A DNA stretch of 63,565 nucleotides, filler included, from Choristocarpus tenellus KU-1152 (lineage: Eukaryota > Protista > Phaeophyceae): the NCBI GenBank assembly GCA_964200185.2. It is 9 parts of 9 records of this genome, joined end to end, with 100 filler letters (N's around TTAATTAATTAA, not from the genome) between each part and the next. Parts side by side here need not be neighbours in the genome. Positions count along the whole stretch, not along the records: positions 1 to 8,410 come from CAXNAD020004746.1; positions 8,511 to 25,101 come from CAXNAD020000806.1; 7 more parts are not named here. One strand, 5' to 3'. A program made the position numbers and the translations under genes. Under the pieces are notes generated by a model. The model was not told the origin of the DNA. It made no database searches and saw only the letters and a program-made list of their open reading frames with translations. Positions 1-11,876 of the stretch are shown piece after piece; position 1 is the first letter of the stretch; every line of letters starts with the position of its first letter.

Positions 1-173
1 ACCCCAAAAATCGCGACATACAAAAATTGGCCCCAAATGGATAGCCGCCACCCCCTCCCAGATACTTTGAGCCTTATCCATCGGACGTATGCAATCAAAT
101 CACCAAAAAAACGTGACACGAAAAATTTGACCCCAAATGGACGGCCGCCACCCCCCTCCAGATACTTTGACCC
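1..173 (+). mobile_element. MITE family A, right half, tandemly duplicated
   Basis: Two consecutive copies of ...ccccaaatgga(c/t)..ccgccacccc..cagatactttga, matching the full copy at 12720-12904. Confidence 0.8.
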
Positions 174-398
174 AGTATTTGATAGTACTTTACTTTTCGT
201 TTAACAAAAACAACCGGTTCAATCAACTTGAATACATCATGTTCAAGGTACTATTATTTCTTAGTAATTGTAGAGACTCAGGCTGTCAATGACCCAGTCA
301 GAACATTTCAGAGTACTGCAGTAGATACTGATCTTTATGCCAATAAAGAAACTACTAATGCTCTATTCTCATCAGTGATGAAATCGCGTTTCTTGAGC

Positions 399-807
399 TT
401 AGAGGTCGCAGCCCTGGCCTCTGAAGGTGCTAAGGGCTTCATTAGAGCTTGCCTTAAACGCAGTGGAAGTTAGCTGATGCTGGTAGAGGAGTGACGAGTT
501 TATGCCTTGATGCTGGGGATGAGGAAAGTGGATTCCAAGTCCATGTCAGTCGTGGCAAGAGAGGGCTTCTTTCTTTCCACACCTTGCCAAACTTGCATGA
601 CGCCCTTCCGTCTTTCCTGCTTCTTAGGCAGACTTGAAGCATGCGACCTCATCATCTGGGAATATTGCACCGATCGAGACAACTAAACTCGACCTTGAAA
701 GTGTGCAGCTTCTCATCTTCCTGTGTAGTATCATCTAGATGGAGGTAGATGCACGGGAGGATGCCAAGAATGCAGCTGCCATCTGCACTCTGGCGAAATC
801 CAGTCAT
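399..807 (-). CDS. Possible small spliced hypothetical gene or gene remnant
   Basis: Three short exons can be joined to give MTGFRQSADGSCILGILPCIYLHLDD..KLHTFK / MMRSHASSLPKKQERRK..IPSIK / ASSNEALSTFRGQGCDL*. This needs one GC donor, and I recognise no family. Confidence 0.2.
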
Positions 808-2269
808 GTAGCATTAGCTACTCCTTTCTCTAGAATTTGTGTTCATCGTATGCTTGTAGTCTAGACTTAACCAAACGTGTGTATCATCAGCTGTTGTTTG
901 CTTCTTTTTTCTATGAAGTTGTAAGAAATATATGTTTTGGTTTTGATGTATTTGAACTCTTTCATGTATGTATCTTTTAACTCTATGTGCGAGTCATCTT
1001 CTTCAAGATAGCTCTCACATCTAATGCTTATCTCAATAATCCCAGAAAACTAGTAGGTACTAATATTTTTATTATTGTTGAAATTATAACAATCAACCTT
1101 TGCAATTTATAGTCAACCCCTCAGCCACATGTTATTTTTCCTTTCTTGGACAAAGCATGATGGGCAATAGTTGTTTTAGTTTAAAGGAAATCATGCTTCA
1201 GATGTGGAAAGAAAGTACAGAAACGTGTAGGTCAAAATCTCAGGCTATTTGTGGGTTCCTTAACAGAAAGGGAGTGTATTTGACAATTTTGAAATTAGTT
1301 GAGTTTCAGTCCGTCATTGAGTATGTACTGTAGTGTTTCTTTACATGACTGCCCCCAGGATAGGAAAATTTCGCAACCAAAAACAGAGCACATTAAGAAA
1401 AGTAGGAAAAATACTGTTGACAAAAGTTACTGTTTCAAGGAAGTGAAGATATTGTAGTGTTTAAAGTAGTGGATTCTCTCACCAACAAAAACCAAAGCCT
1501 ACTTCAAGGTGCTGATCAATGAGAATCAAAGTAAATGGGAGATACCCAATGTTGCATTTTTAGGATGCTGACAAATGTGTGGAAAATTCGCCTTTTTTTC
1601 AACTGTGTGTATGATATTTTCTGAGTTGTGTCTGATCAAGCAATTGAGAAATAAACGCCCTGAAATCAAACTTAGAACTTCATCTATAGGAATGTGGGTG
1701 AATTGCAAAAGATTGAAAAATAGACTTCAAATGCAAACGGCCAAAAGCTGGGTACCTCGTTTGCTTTGGTCCTCTACATAGTGGAATTGCTGGGGCGAGT
1801 GCCCACGTCACAAAACCATAAAACAGGACGCCAAGCACTCCATCCAGCCTTGAGCATTCGAATCTCAATAGTGAGCTAACATTATACGCCTGTGCTTCTG
1901 TCATGAAGTAGTTGGCTGAACTTATGGAAACAGTACGAGGCTCTCTGAACACACCCGTCCGTGGTCTGATCTCGGGTGTAAATCAGCCTCATCATGGATG
2001 GTGTGGTCCAAGGTTAAAGAAAGCTTATCAGTCTAGGCGTGTGTCTGGGCCGGGGTCCGGATCTACGCTGGTTCTGTGTGCGGTGTTGTTGGGAGGTCGA
2101 AGGTATACGTAAGCAGTGTTGTTAGGTGTGGGGGTGTGTGTTTCTGTGTATGTATTTATGTAAGTGATTTTGAACAAATAGTCATGTATTAATAATAATT
2201 GTGGTAAAGTAGTGACTGTACCTGTTTTCCAAGGATGTGTCTGGTGTTTGAATCCCTGGGATTGTGCTC

Positions 2270-2960
2270 TCCTTTTCCCCCACGAATTCTGGATTACTGA
2301 ACTGCCCGCTCTCAACCTCACATCCACTCCACTCTTCATCAACTCACGCCAAACCACCACCTGGTTACCACACCAACTATGCGGCTACTTTCTTCCAAAA
2401 CCAATGTATATCCACCTCCAAAAACCAATGCGACTCATTCTTGCGTATGGTATCCATGTGCATACAAACCAATGCAACCAATTTTCGCTTATGGTATCCA
2501 CTCAAAAACCAATGTGGTCGATTTGTGCGTATGGTATACACTCTCAAACCAATGACACCAATTCCCGCGTTTTCGCTCTCAGGCTCATCCTCACAAAACG
2601 CTCCATCTTCAACCATGACATTCCACACTCTTCCACATCACTCCACGTTCATCCAAGAACACTACACCTTCATCCACTCCAATGACGGCGTCTACCCCGC
2701 CCAACCTTAACCTCCCCCCCTCCCTCAACATAACCCTCAATCGCGAGGAATCTCAAGGGAAGCCTCGAGCCTGTCCCCCTGGTCCTTCCTCCCAAGACCA
2801 TTGACTCTGTCCAATTCTTCTCTCTGTCCCCCCTAAGACACTACTTCTCACCTCCACTCATTCGATTACATTTCGAGTACCCAATACGTCTTCGAGCCAT
2901 CCAATATTCAATATTCCTCGTCCATCCTCCCTACACTCTTCTTTTTTCTCCGGCAGAACG
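2270..2960 (+). repeat. Diverged relative of dispersed repeat family C, with an internal ~40-bp tandem array
   Basis: Shares cacgaattctggatta (~2281) and a tctaccccgcc..aac(c/t)t.acctcccc motif (~2690) with family C. Array of aaaccaatg...gtatggtat(c/a)cac units at ~2397-2560. Confidence 0.5.
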
Positions 2961-3371
2961 TCAGCCGGATGATTTGTCTACCCCTGTGAATTCTCACGAT
3001 AAATATACTCCGATTTACTGGATAAACTTATACTTTACCCATCCAGGTCGCAAATGTACCTCGCTGTTATGACCACTACTAGTCTACCAGATTGTTTTCT
3101 ATTGTCCAAGGAATGCTATAGGGTTCAAACCCCGTTGAGCTCACATTCCCCTTTCAGGGAAATTTGACTTTGACCGCTTGGCAATGGAAATGGAGTGGTA
3201 CACCTCTACCCCTCTGACTGTCGCTTAAACAAAAGGAAAATGTCGAAAACCTGAACCGTGATGGCGGGGCTTCATTTGCGGCCAGGCGAAAGTTACTGCA
3301 CAAGATTAGAGGGAGGAGGCGGGGTGAAGAGCGGTGGGATGGCTCAATCCTACACGCCAGAAAAAATGCAA

Positions 3372-3812
3372 GTGTTTGTTAGCAAGTGTCAATATCCTTG
3401 CTCCAGACACACCTTCATAGTCGTATACATTTTAGGCAACTGTGTTCACACAGAAATCCGAAAAAGGGCATAAAAACCCAAGTGAAAGTATCTTAAGAGG
3501 GTATGAGTTTTGCCCTGTTTGTCCATTTGGGGCTTGGCTTCCCACGGGTTTTTAAGGACATTACATTTCACCTAGTCCAAAATGTTTTGGAGTAGGTAAA
3601 TGTATAAGTTATGAAAAGGTGTGTCCGGAACAAGGATATTGACATAACCTAACAAACATGATAGCCAAAATTACATCAAAATTGCAGAATTGGATTTTGG
3701 CCCCCAGATGAACGCAGCTCTACCCTCTAAGATACTTTGGCTCACCCGTGGGAAGCCAAGCCACGAACAGGCAAATAGGTCAAACTCCTGCCCTCTTAAA
3801 TGCTTTAACCCT
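3372..3812 (+). mobile_element. MITE subfamily B' (partial), interrupted by a MITE B copy
   Basis: The flanks rejoin to match 52110-52371 (gtgtttgttagcaagtgtc... and ...ccctcttaaatgcttt). Confidence 0.7.
3480..3743 (-). mobile_element. MITE family B (full length)
   Basis: TIRs agtgaaagtatctta..gagggta / taccctctaagatactttggctc; colinear with 46577-46833. Confidence 0.88.
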
Positions 3813-3989
3813 AGGTAGACCAAGGGTTTAAGTGGAAGTAGGTGGCCCCCACCTATCTGGACCTGAGTATGAAACACCTTAACAGCATTCCGGGAACAGA
3901 GCATAGCACATTTTGTGGAGTCGTGTGTTGAAACCTGAGTTCGTATGTGTTGTGTATCGTTGTGCTGTGTCTAGTTTGTGACTAAGGGT

Positions 3990-4485
3990 ATCATAGTGCA
4001 ACAAAGCACTGTTGAATTCGTTCTGGTAGGAATGATGACAATTTTTACTCAATCACACAGTGGTTGATGCGAAAGTGTGTTTGGTTGTGCTGTATTAGCA
4101 CGCTTTCGGTAGGACTGACGACAATTTTTACTTAATTAGACAATGGTTAAATGTGAAAGTGTGCTTGATTGTGAATGAAAGTATCGTAGAGGGTACGAGT
4201 TTTGCCATTTTGTTGTCCAATTGGGGCTTGGTTTCTTGCAGTTTTTTTTATGACATTTACCTACTCCGACATGAACTGGAGTAGGTAAAATGTATACGTT
4301 ATTAAAGGTGTGTCCAGAACAAGGATATTGACACCTCCTAACAAGAAGCGTTATTTTGACTCTGTGCTGTGATTAGCACGTTTAGAGAAAGGTGTGAGTC
4401 ATAGTGCAACAAAACACCTGTGAATCGTTCTGGTGCGTCTGACGGCATGTTTTACTCCATGAGACAATGGTTGATGTGAAATGAG
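3990..4485 (+). repeat. Degenerate tandem repeat (about 3 units), host of a MITE B insertion
   Basis: Recurrent gttctggt/ggtagg..tgacgacaatttttact....agacaatggttgatgtgaaa and catagtgcaacaaa segments. Confidence 0.6.
4173..4362 (-). mobile_element. MITE family B (internally deleted), TSD TGT
   Basis: gaatgaaagtatcgtagagggtac ... ttttgactc, flanked by TGT at 4170-4172 and 4363-4365. Confidence 0.8.
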
Positions 4486-4588
4486 TGATCATTGATTGAG
4501 ACGCTCAAATGGAGAAATGCTTGCTCGGTGAAAAGGCTTGTCACATTAGCTGGAAAGGGTTTCGAAGGATGCTTTTAACTCTGGTTAT

Positions 4589-4764
4589 GAGTCAAAGTAT
4601 CTTAGAGGATAGAGTCGCGTCTATTTGGGGGCCAGAATCCAATGTTGCGATTTTGATGCAATTTTGACTATCGTGTTTGTTGGAAAGTGTCAACATCCTT
4701 TTTTCGGACACACCTTTCTATAAAGTATACATTTTACCTACTCCGAAATATTTTGGAGTAGGAA
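4589..4764 (+). mobile_element. MITE family B, left part, truncated by the family C element
   Basis: gagtcaaagtatcttagaggatagag... running up to the internal palindrome. Confidence 0.8.
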
Positions 4765-5665
4765 AAGTGAGAGTTTATGAAGTAATCTGAGTTTTGTGGG
4801 CGGAAGAATTCTGGTTGACTGGGGGCACAGGACAAGGGAAGGCAATGGAAAGAAAAAGAAGGAAGCAGGAAGAGAACGAATGGTTAGAGAAGGAGAGAGG
4901 TAAATGGAAACGAGTGGTAGAAAGAGGGTAGGAGCAGCGTTCAGTAAGTAATAAGAGGGCTGAGAACCAGGGGTACAGGACGAGGAGGGGAGACCAAGAA
5001 AACCTCCGAGCAAGCTCTCCCGCCCACCCAACCTGTCGCTTGCTTACGACCAACGGGAACACTGGGTAAGGGGGGGGGAGGTCAAGTTCCGGCGGGGTAG
5101 ATGTCTTCTAGCTCAGAGGCACGGTTTGAAGTGGATCATGAAGGGGTGTTCTTGGATTATTGTGGAGTGGTGTTGAGTGGTGTGGGAACTGCTGTGGGGT
5201 TGAGGGGAGTGGTAACTTGTGTGGGGTTGAAAGGTGGGGGGTGTGACTGGAAATGAGGGGCGAAGGGCATTCGCACTGGTTGGTCATCAAATGTGAGCGA
5301 TGGCTGGAAATCAGTGACGAAGGGCATTCGCACTGGTTGGTCATTAAAATGTGAGGGATGGCTGGAAATCAGTGACAAAGGGCATTCGCACTGGTTGGTC
5401 ATCAAATGGGGAGGGTGACTGGATATCGGTGACGAAGGGCATTCGCACTGGTTGGTCATCAGAGGTGGGGGGTGAATGGAAATCAGGGGCGAATGGGTCA
5501 CACTGGTTGGTCACCTCATGAGGGAGTAAATTGGAAACCAGCAGCGAATGGGTCACAAGGGGCTGGTCAGAAGAAGGAATACATGGGAAAGGACAGGAAT
5601 GAAGAAAAGGGGAATGGCAAACAAAAAATAAGCTAATCATAATAATCCAGAATTCGTGAGCAAAA
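4765..5665 (-). mobile_element. Dispersed repeat family C (~0.9 kb) with internal 57-bp VNTR
   Basis: Inverted homologue of 17898-18668, sharing cccacaaaactcagattacttcataaact. gggcattcgcactggttggtcat recurs at 5265, 5322, 5380 and 5437. Confidence 0.8.
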
Positions 5666-6566
5666 CGAAGATTGAAATCAGACTTATAATACAAAACAGC
5701 CCACATGTAGGTACCTCTCGTTTAGTTTGCCTCGGTAGATGAGTGAGAAAGTTCGATGGAGGATGGCACTCACACTTGACGTAGAGTACGATCAGCTTTT
5801 ATAAGATATGTATTTTTTCATCTGGTCCTTCAACTGTGCTGGTATTATTGTACTATAATATATTGATATTGATCCTAGTCTAATATTATGCCAATGATTA
5901 CCCCTCAATTTTCAATTCTTGGTTTTCATTAAGAGTATTTATCGAATCATAACTGTTCAGCAATTCACAATTCTTCTTTTAGGATTTTGTGAGGAGTGTT
6001 AGAGCGACCTCCTGGTCAAGTTATACATACCTTTAACGTGCCCTTCCTCCAAAAGATATACTCCAACATCTGCTTCCTCATATGCCATGACCATTTTCTT
6101 CCTCATCGCATAAATATCAGGTTTGAATGGAGCTTACAAACCCCCCTCATTCGCTTTCCTTGTTAACTCTTTCCCTGATTGACCTTGTGATGGTTGTTCA
6201 CCCATTTGCCTCTCTCATTTTCGTTCCTCATGTCATTGTGGGTCTTCCCACTCACTCCCCTTTAATCTGAAGAACTTGTCTTCCACTTTCCAACTGTTTT
6301 ACAGGAACAAATTATAATTATTTAGGGTTAGTCATGGAATTTGGAAATAGAGATGTTTTTGAAGTCTGGTCCAAACATCATCACACACTTCAAAGATGTA
6401 TTACTTTGGTATTGTTGTCCTCATCTAGCCCTAGCAACTATTATTATATATTATATTTTGATACTGTAGTCTATTTCTATAATAATTGTACCTACATAAG
6501 TTTGTCCCAATTGTGTTCACTGCCATTTGCAAAGGGTTGTGTCCAAGGGTGGGTTTGCTAGGTAGT

Positions 6567-8107
6567 ATGCTTGGCTATGCTTGGCTGAGGGAGTGGACCC
6601 TACGCCTGCTGTCCACCCTCGGTCTCTACAGCAAGGATGCCACCATTGTCTTGCTGGGTGAGATTCGTATTGCATGCATATAGTATGGCGTGTTCCTCCA
6701 TTTCTTGAAGCAAAGGTCTCCTCTCCCTCTCCAGATCTTGCTCCAGCCCAGTCGCCCCAACCTTTCAGAGTTTCACAGCAACTTGAGATTAGTGTGTTAA
6801 AATCTGTAAGGTAGGTCAATTTAAAACTTGTTGTGTCTCCAGAAAGCAGTTTGGGATGTTGAACCCTATTGTGACACATTGCAATGAAGAACATCCTCCC
6901 TTGCACACAAATCACTCTCGTAGACCTTCATTAGAACCTTAAGGTTTGTACTTTGACCTTCCCATAATTTAGTATCATTCCTCAACCTCTGCTGTGGTTC
7001 ACAATGTCGCTAGGTCTGGACAACTCGGGGAAGTCGACCCTTTTGCACAGACTAACCTCGGGCCAGGTCACCTCGCTCCAACCAACAGAGAGACCTCATG
7101 TCGACAAGTTTCGGTTGGGGGGCATCTCTTTCAAGGTGCGTCATCTTTGTGTATGGTTTAAGGTGCTTACAACGAGGCCACTTATCGCCGTTTGTTCCGT
7201 TTTACAATACTCCGCGGTTGTTGGCGTTGCGGATAATTGTGCTGCGTTGTGAATCTGATCAGCCTCATAGCCTCAGCCCAGTGGTAGGGGTTGATCGCAC
7301 TCTGGGGTGTCAGATACAGGTCGCTATAAAGCAGGAATATAAGCGATCGAACCTGCAACTCTTCATACTCTGACACACTTCCAATGCGTATCGTAGCCTA
7401 AGGTGGTGATCGTTCGAAGGCAATTGGACTAACCGTGGACCATCTAGTGTTATTTTGTCGTCGAGTCAGCCTTGTCCTTGAGTTTGTATGTGTTGAGCCT
7501 ACGCTATGGGGGCGCAAGATGCTGTCAAACTCGCCCGTTCCTGCATGTGTGACCCCACTTTTGAAATATCCTTGATGTATACAACCCCAGGTGTCCTTGT
7601 CTGCTCGGACCTCCTGCTGGTCCTGGTCCTATACCCACATCCCTCTTTCAAAATGCATTTAATTTATTTGTGAGTTTGTGCTCCGTGGGTACCTCTCATC
7701 CCTGTTCCAAGTCTGACCATAGAACACTGTTGAACAATCAACAAGACCACTCGACTATCTACTTGAGTGGTCACGTTCTTCCTGAGGGAGGTGAAAAACC
7801 CTGTCCATCATGGTTAAATATCCAGTTGAATGGAAACACACATACACCTTGACCACACTCTTCCTATACACCTTCTTATTCCTTGGATTCTTGTGAGCAT
7901 ACGTACCACTTTGTTTCACCCACAAAGCCACTCAACTTGTCTCACTACTGTCGAAACAAGGCGTGGGATCTGGGCGGGCATGAGGCAGTACGATACATGT
8001 GGGGGGAGTTCCTCTCAGACAGTCATGCCATCATATTCATGGTGGATGGAGCGGACCAAGAACGCTTAGAGGAAGCACAATGGGAGCTGTCAGAACTTCT
8101 GAGTGAG
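6567..8107 (+). CDS. Sar1-family small GTPase (divergent, possibly SarB-type paralogue); 3' part lost at gap
   Basis: Exons 6567-6657, 7014-7135 and 7961-8107 have GT-AG borders and consistent phases. Product: MLGYAWLREWTLRLLSTLGLYSKDATIVLLGLDNSGKSTLLHRLTSGQVTSLQPTERPHVDKFRLGGISFKAWDLGGHEAVRYMWGEFLSDSHAIIFMVDGADQERLEEAQWELSELLSE. It has a G1 P-loop, the Sar-type DLGGH motif and an N-terminal amphipathic helix without Gly2. Confidence 0.9.
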
Positions 8108-8410
8108 GTAATTTTGGAGTGTGCCAGGGCTCTGGCTTAGTGGCATTGTATAGTGCCTGTGTATGCTCATTGATGTAGTCCATACATATATTCCATGTTG
8201 AATAACTATTTTATTTGTCACTGGGCAGAGTGTTAATGCTTCTTGTGTATTGGCTGCTGTCATTGCAGTCCCTATCACAGTACAGGCAAGAAGAAACAAA
8301 GACAGGATTTACAGCATTCAGACCGAGGGGGAGGGGGGGGGGGGGGGGGGTAAAGGGGGGCGGGTGGGAAATGAGGTGTTGATGGTGTGTTTTTAGAGGG
8401 GAGAAGGTGT

Positions 8411-8510
8411 NNNNNNNNNNNNNNNNNNNNNNNNNNNNNNNNNNNNNNNNNNNNTTAATTAATTAANNNNNNNNNNNNNNNNNNNNNNNNNNNNNNNNNN
8501 NNNNNNNNNN
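8411..8510. other. Artificial contig spacer (N-run + TTAATTAATTAA + N-run); first of eight
   Basis: Identical 100-nt spacers with stops in all six frames at 8411-8510, 25102-25201, 28471-28570, 32147-32246, 38264-38363, 45672-45771, 49236-49335 and 60738-60837. Genes and repeats are cut off at them. Confidence 0.97.
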
Positions 8511-8606
8511 CATAGCATACCCCAGTTCAACACAACACACAGGGAGAATTGACAATGTAGGTGGCGTCATTATCATTGGGACATATTCACAATGAAACCA
8601 CTTTAC

Positions 8607-10577
8607 TTGGACCGAACATTCCCACCAGAAAATGGGACATTCCCTGCCGGAAATATGACTCCTTGCATGCGGGAAGAAAAAATAATAGAGCTTAGGACAG
8701 GTTCATCTTAGGGACCATTTCACAAAAGAATCAAAAAAGAAGGTTGATTGACTGCAATCACCACACACCTCTGGGGACAGTTTGGCAGAGTCGAAGCCTG
8801 TGAGAAGGACCTTGAAAACACCATTCTGGTTGGCAACGGGGCTAATCAGGATGTTTGAGAGGCTGAGCCTCGTGTGGGCAATGCCTCTCTCATGGATCCT
8901 TAGCACATGGTTGATCACCTTGTTGTGCCAGGCAATGGTAGGTCAAGGGAGGTGGTGGGGGGGGAGGGCGGGACAGGAGGTTTTGCACGGGTTGGTTCCA
9001 AGGAATCACTGTAGACATGGCATGTGATATGCTGACAGAATTATCACTCAAGAAAAAAACAGATCAGAGTTATGAGCCACATGACTGAGTGCGTCCGTCC
9101 ACTGCACCTACTCTAAGATAGATTAGCTGGGTCAAACACTCTTCAAAGGCAACCCACAACGACCCAGATAGTATGATATGACCTCGATCGGGTGCATGTA
9201 TTGTGGAAGCTGAGCACGGGATGTACAAACACAACGGTATTCTCACCTGGAAAAAGATCAACTCGAGCTCCATGGATGGTCCGCTTCCCGCAAGACCTTG
9301 GAAGTGACGGATGAGATGCATGTCCATTTTGCTGCGTGTCAAACATAGGTTGTGGCGGAGTCAAAGAAGGTTGGTTAGACATGGCCAGAAATAATGTCCA
9401 ATTGCAGATGTGCTAGATGATATATTCATCTGCACCCGTAAAAGTCACAATGCGATGAAGGGGGTGGTCGTTTCGCAATAGTCCCTCACCTTTCTGGGTC
9501 ATTGTGTCTGGGAAAAGAAGATCAACATCAAAGTCAATTTGATCCAGAAATACATGGTCTGAACAAAAAGAGTGGGTTGCTTTCATCCCACAATAACTCT
9601 TCATCCCTCTTGTCACAATTAACTAACTACAGAATTTTACAGCCTACCACTTTTTCCCTGTCACAGCCAATAATGGACGGTACACTGCACCAGGGGGTTC
9701 TGCCTCCGGCGGCTCAGTAGGCTCAAGTCATCTCTCTAAGGTGCACCTAAAGTTTGAGCAAAATATTGCTTTACATGCACTACAGCAGCAACCCTTGCAG
9801 CAACAAAAAAATGCTATATGCAGAGGATTTCTTCACAAGCCACAGGTGCCATCTGGCATGCAAGTTCTCATCGCATGAAGCAAGTCCTAAGTGGTACAAC
9901 CCCATAACAAGGAGAGGGAATGCTCGTATCGTATTCCCAAACGCCTTGAGCCCTCAGTACCGACAAGAACTTGACAAAGAATTTTAAGCTACAATCTTGG
10001 CTTGGCAAAATACATGCCCAGAGAATTGACTCTAATGTACGGGGAGGGACTCACCGCCCTCCCCTGGCCATGAGTATGGCACTCCTAGGGTCGCTCCGGT
10101 CGCCGTTCGTCCAGCCCAGCATGGCTGGCGCAATGTTGCAGCCACTCAGCCTGCTCAGGGTCTTCACCTCACATTCCACGCCATTGCCAAATCCATCGGC
10201 AATCTTCAATACCTGCGCGTTGACATTGAACTAAGTGAGAAGCGTCGATTGAGTTGAGGATGATAGGAAAAAATTTCGAGCGAGTAGTACGACTACTGTA
10301 CAGAAGGGTCGGGTAGTACTATTGAAAGGACGGGGGCCTACGATAGAGCAGAGGGAGGGTCGTGGATTCTAACGCCGTATCCAACCTCTATCCAAACCTG
10401 GTCTAAGCCTTCCGACACAAACATAGCCCTGCTCGCTTCCCTCTCGCATTCCTTCCATTGGAAGATATCCTCGTGTATTTCACCTTCACCGGAAACGATG
10501 GGGATTTTCCTCCCAGAGCCGATGAGGGCGAGAATATTGGCTGATGGGGGCACCATCGCGTCCTTGTCTACACTGTC
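8607..10577 (-). CDS. Kinase-fold protein with degenerate catalytic motifs (pseudokinase), partial
   Basis: Exons 10577-10398, 10212(or 10230)-10055, 9331-9247, 8918-8769 and 8661-~8607 join in phase: ...VLKIADGFGNGVECEVKTLSRL...AILMARGGRKMDMHL...ELIFFQVINHVLRIHERGIAHTRLSLSNILISP...FKVLLTGFDSAKLSPEESYF. Kinase subdomains II, III, V, VIa/b and VII are recognisable. Confidence 0.7.
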
Positions 10578-11844
10578 CTGGCAAGGAGAAGGGAAAAACT
10601 GAATCAGCACCTTGGAATCCTACTCCAACGGTTTCATGTGTCAAATATGTCCAAAAATCAAGGTTTAGAACTTTCGAAAAGCATTGATATCTTCGCCCCT
10701 CACCAATCCCAGCACGCGGTCTCTTCAACCAGTCCAAATCCAGGTGCTGATCCTAGTCACTAGCCATCCTCCCTGCTTGTTGAATCTTGAAGGTCAGCCT
10801 CTGGAGGTCTTCCACGTTCCCACGCGTCGGATACTTATTCAGTGTCGTTCACGATGCTGTCAAGGGGAAGGGCACAACTCTTTCCGAGATCCTGTAGATA
10901 TCTATTTGGATATCTATTTGATACTGTCATGACATCAGACATGTTTTGGTTTGAACAAAAGTTGGAACCGTTAATGGATCGAAAATTGTATTTCCACTGG
11001 AGGCGCAAACAGGCGGAAAGCCAAACAACAAAAAATAGTAGTATATACGAAGTGATATTAGTAGAATGTCCTTGCCGTTGGCACATCATAACTAGTAATG
11101 TAGACATCGGATTTTATGTTAAATGGATACTCGTGATGCCCTTCACAAGGCATTCAACTTTTTTTTGTTTTTAAGAAAAAGCGTTCATACTGGATCGTAG
11201 GTCCCCATGAGGGGTAACAGATCTACTATTACTTGATTATAATATAACAATGATGCAGCTGTACCACTTCGTGACGTTCAGGAGGAAACCTCATGTTTCT
11301 TGAAACAACTCCAAGGAAACCGATAATCAACCCTAGTGGTCACACTCCAGTTAGTTCAGGGTATGAATATTTGTGACAACGGGTGGAAGTCATGGAAGAA
11401 TGGTGTGGACATGCCTCTACATACACCTGGGAATCCCAGTGGATAACGCTCAGTATCACCACAGCTTCAGTATCTTCAAGTAATCCATTGGGATTGTTGC
11501 GGGGACAGTGTCAAGAGTGATTTTGCAAACTAACAATATCCTTTTGTCACCTGGTCCAGCATATTGTCAACCAATGTGCTAGAACACCAGAGGAAAATTT
11601 GACTCGTAATATATTGTTTGTACGCGCATGTATGCGAAAATATATGTGGATAATATGAAACGTTTGATGAACGCTATGCAAACTTTTTGACAGGTAGGCC
11701 CAACCTGTGTACATTTCTCTCGAGTTGAGGTTAACTTTTCTACCCCACAAGCCTGAGTCGTCCGATAGGCTCTAAGAAATACCACCCTATGTCATGGTAT
11801 GGTCTTCAAGAATAATCAGTTACGCTTCCAACATCTTGGAATTG

Positions 11845-11845
<1 letters not shown>

Positions 11846-11872
<27 letters not shown>
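11846..11872. repeat. (AT)n microsatellite
   Basis: Seen directly. Confidence 0.9.

Positions 11873-11876
<4 letters not shown>

Noticed and set aside
2397-2560. CRISPR-like array
   Set aside because: The variable parts are only ~12 nt and related to each other, the repeats are degenerate, there are no cas genes and the context is eukaryotic.
3100-3150. tRNA or SINE (B-box-like gggttcaaacccc)
   Set aside because: No A-box at suitable spacing, no cloverleaf, and no second copy seen.
5240-5560. 57-bp repeats as a CRISPR array or repeat protein
   Set aside because: The whole unit is repeated with no unique spacers, one unit shifts frame, and it is part of a dispersed element.
8455-8466. Recurrent TTAATTAATTAA palindrome as a biological site
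   Set aside because: It is always centred in N-runs of identical length, so it is an assembly linker.
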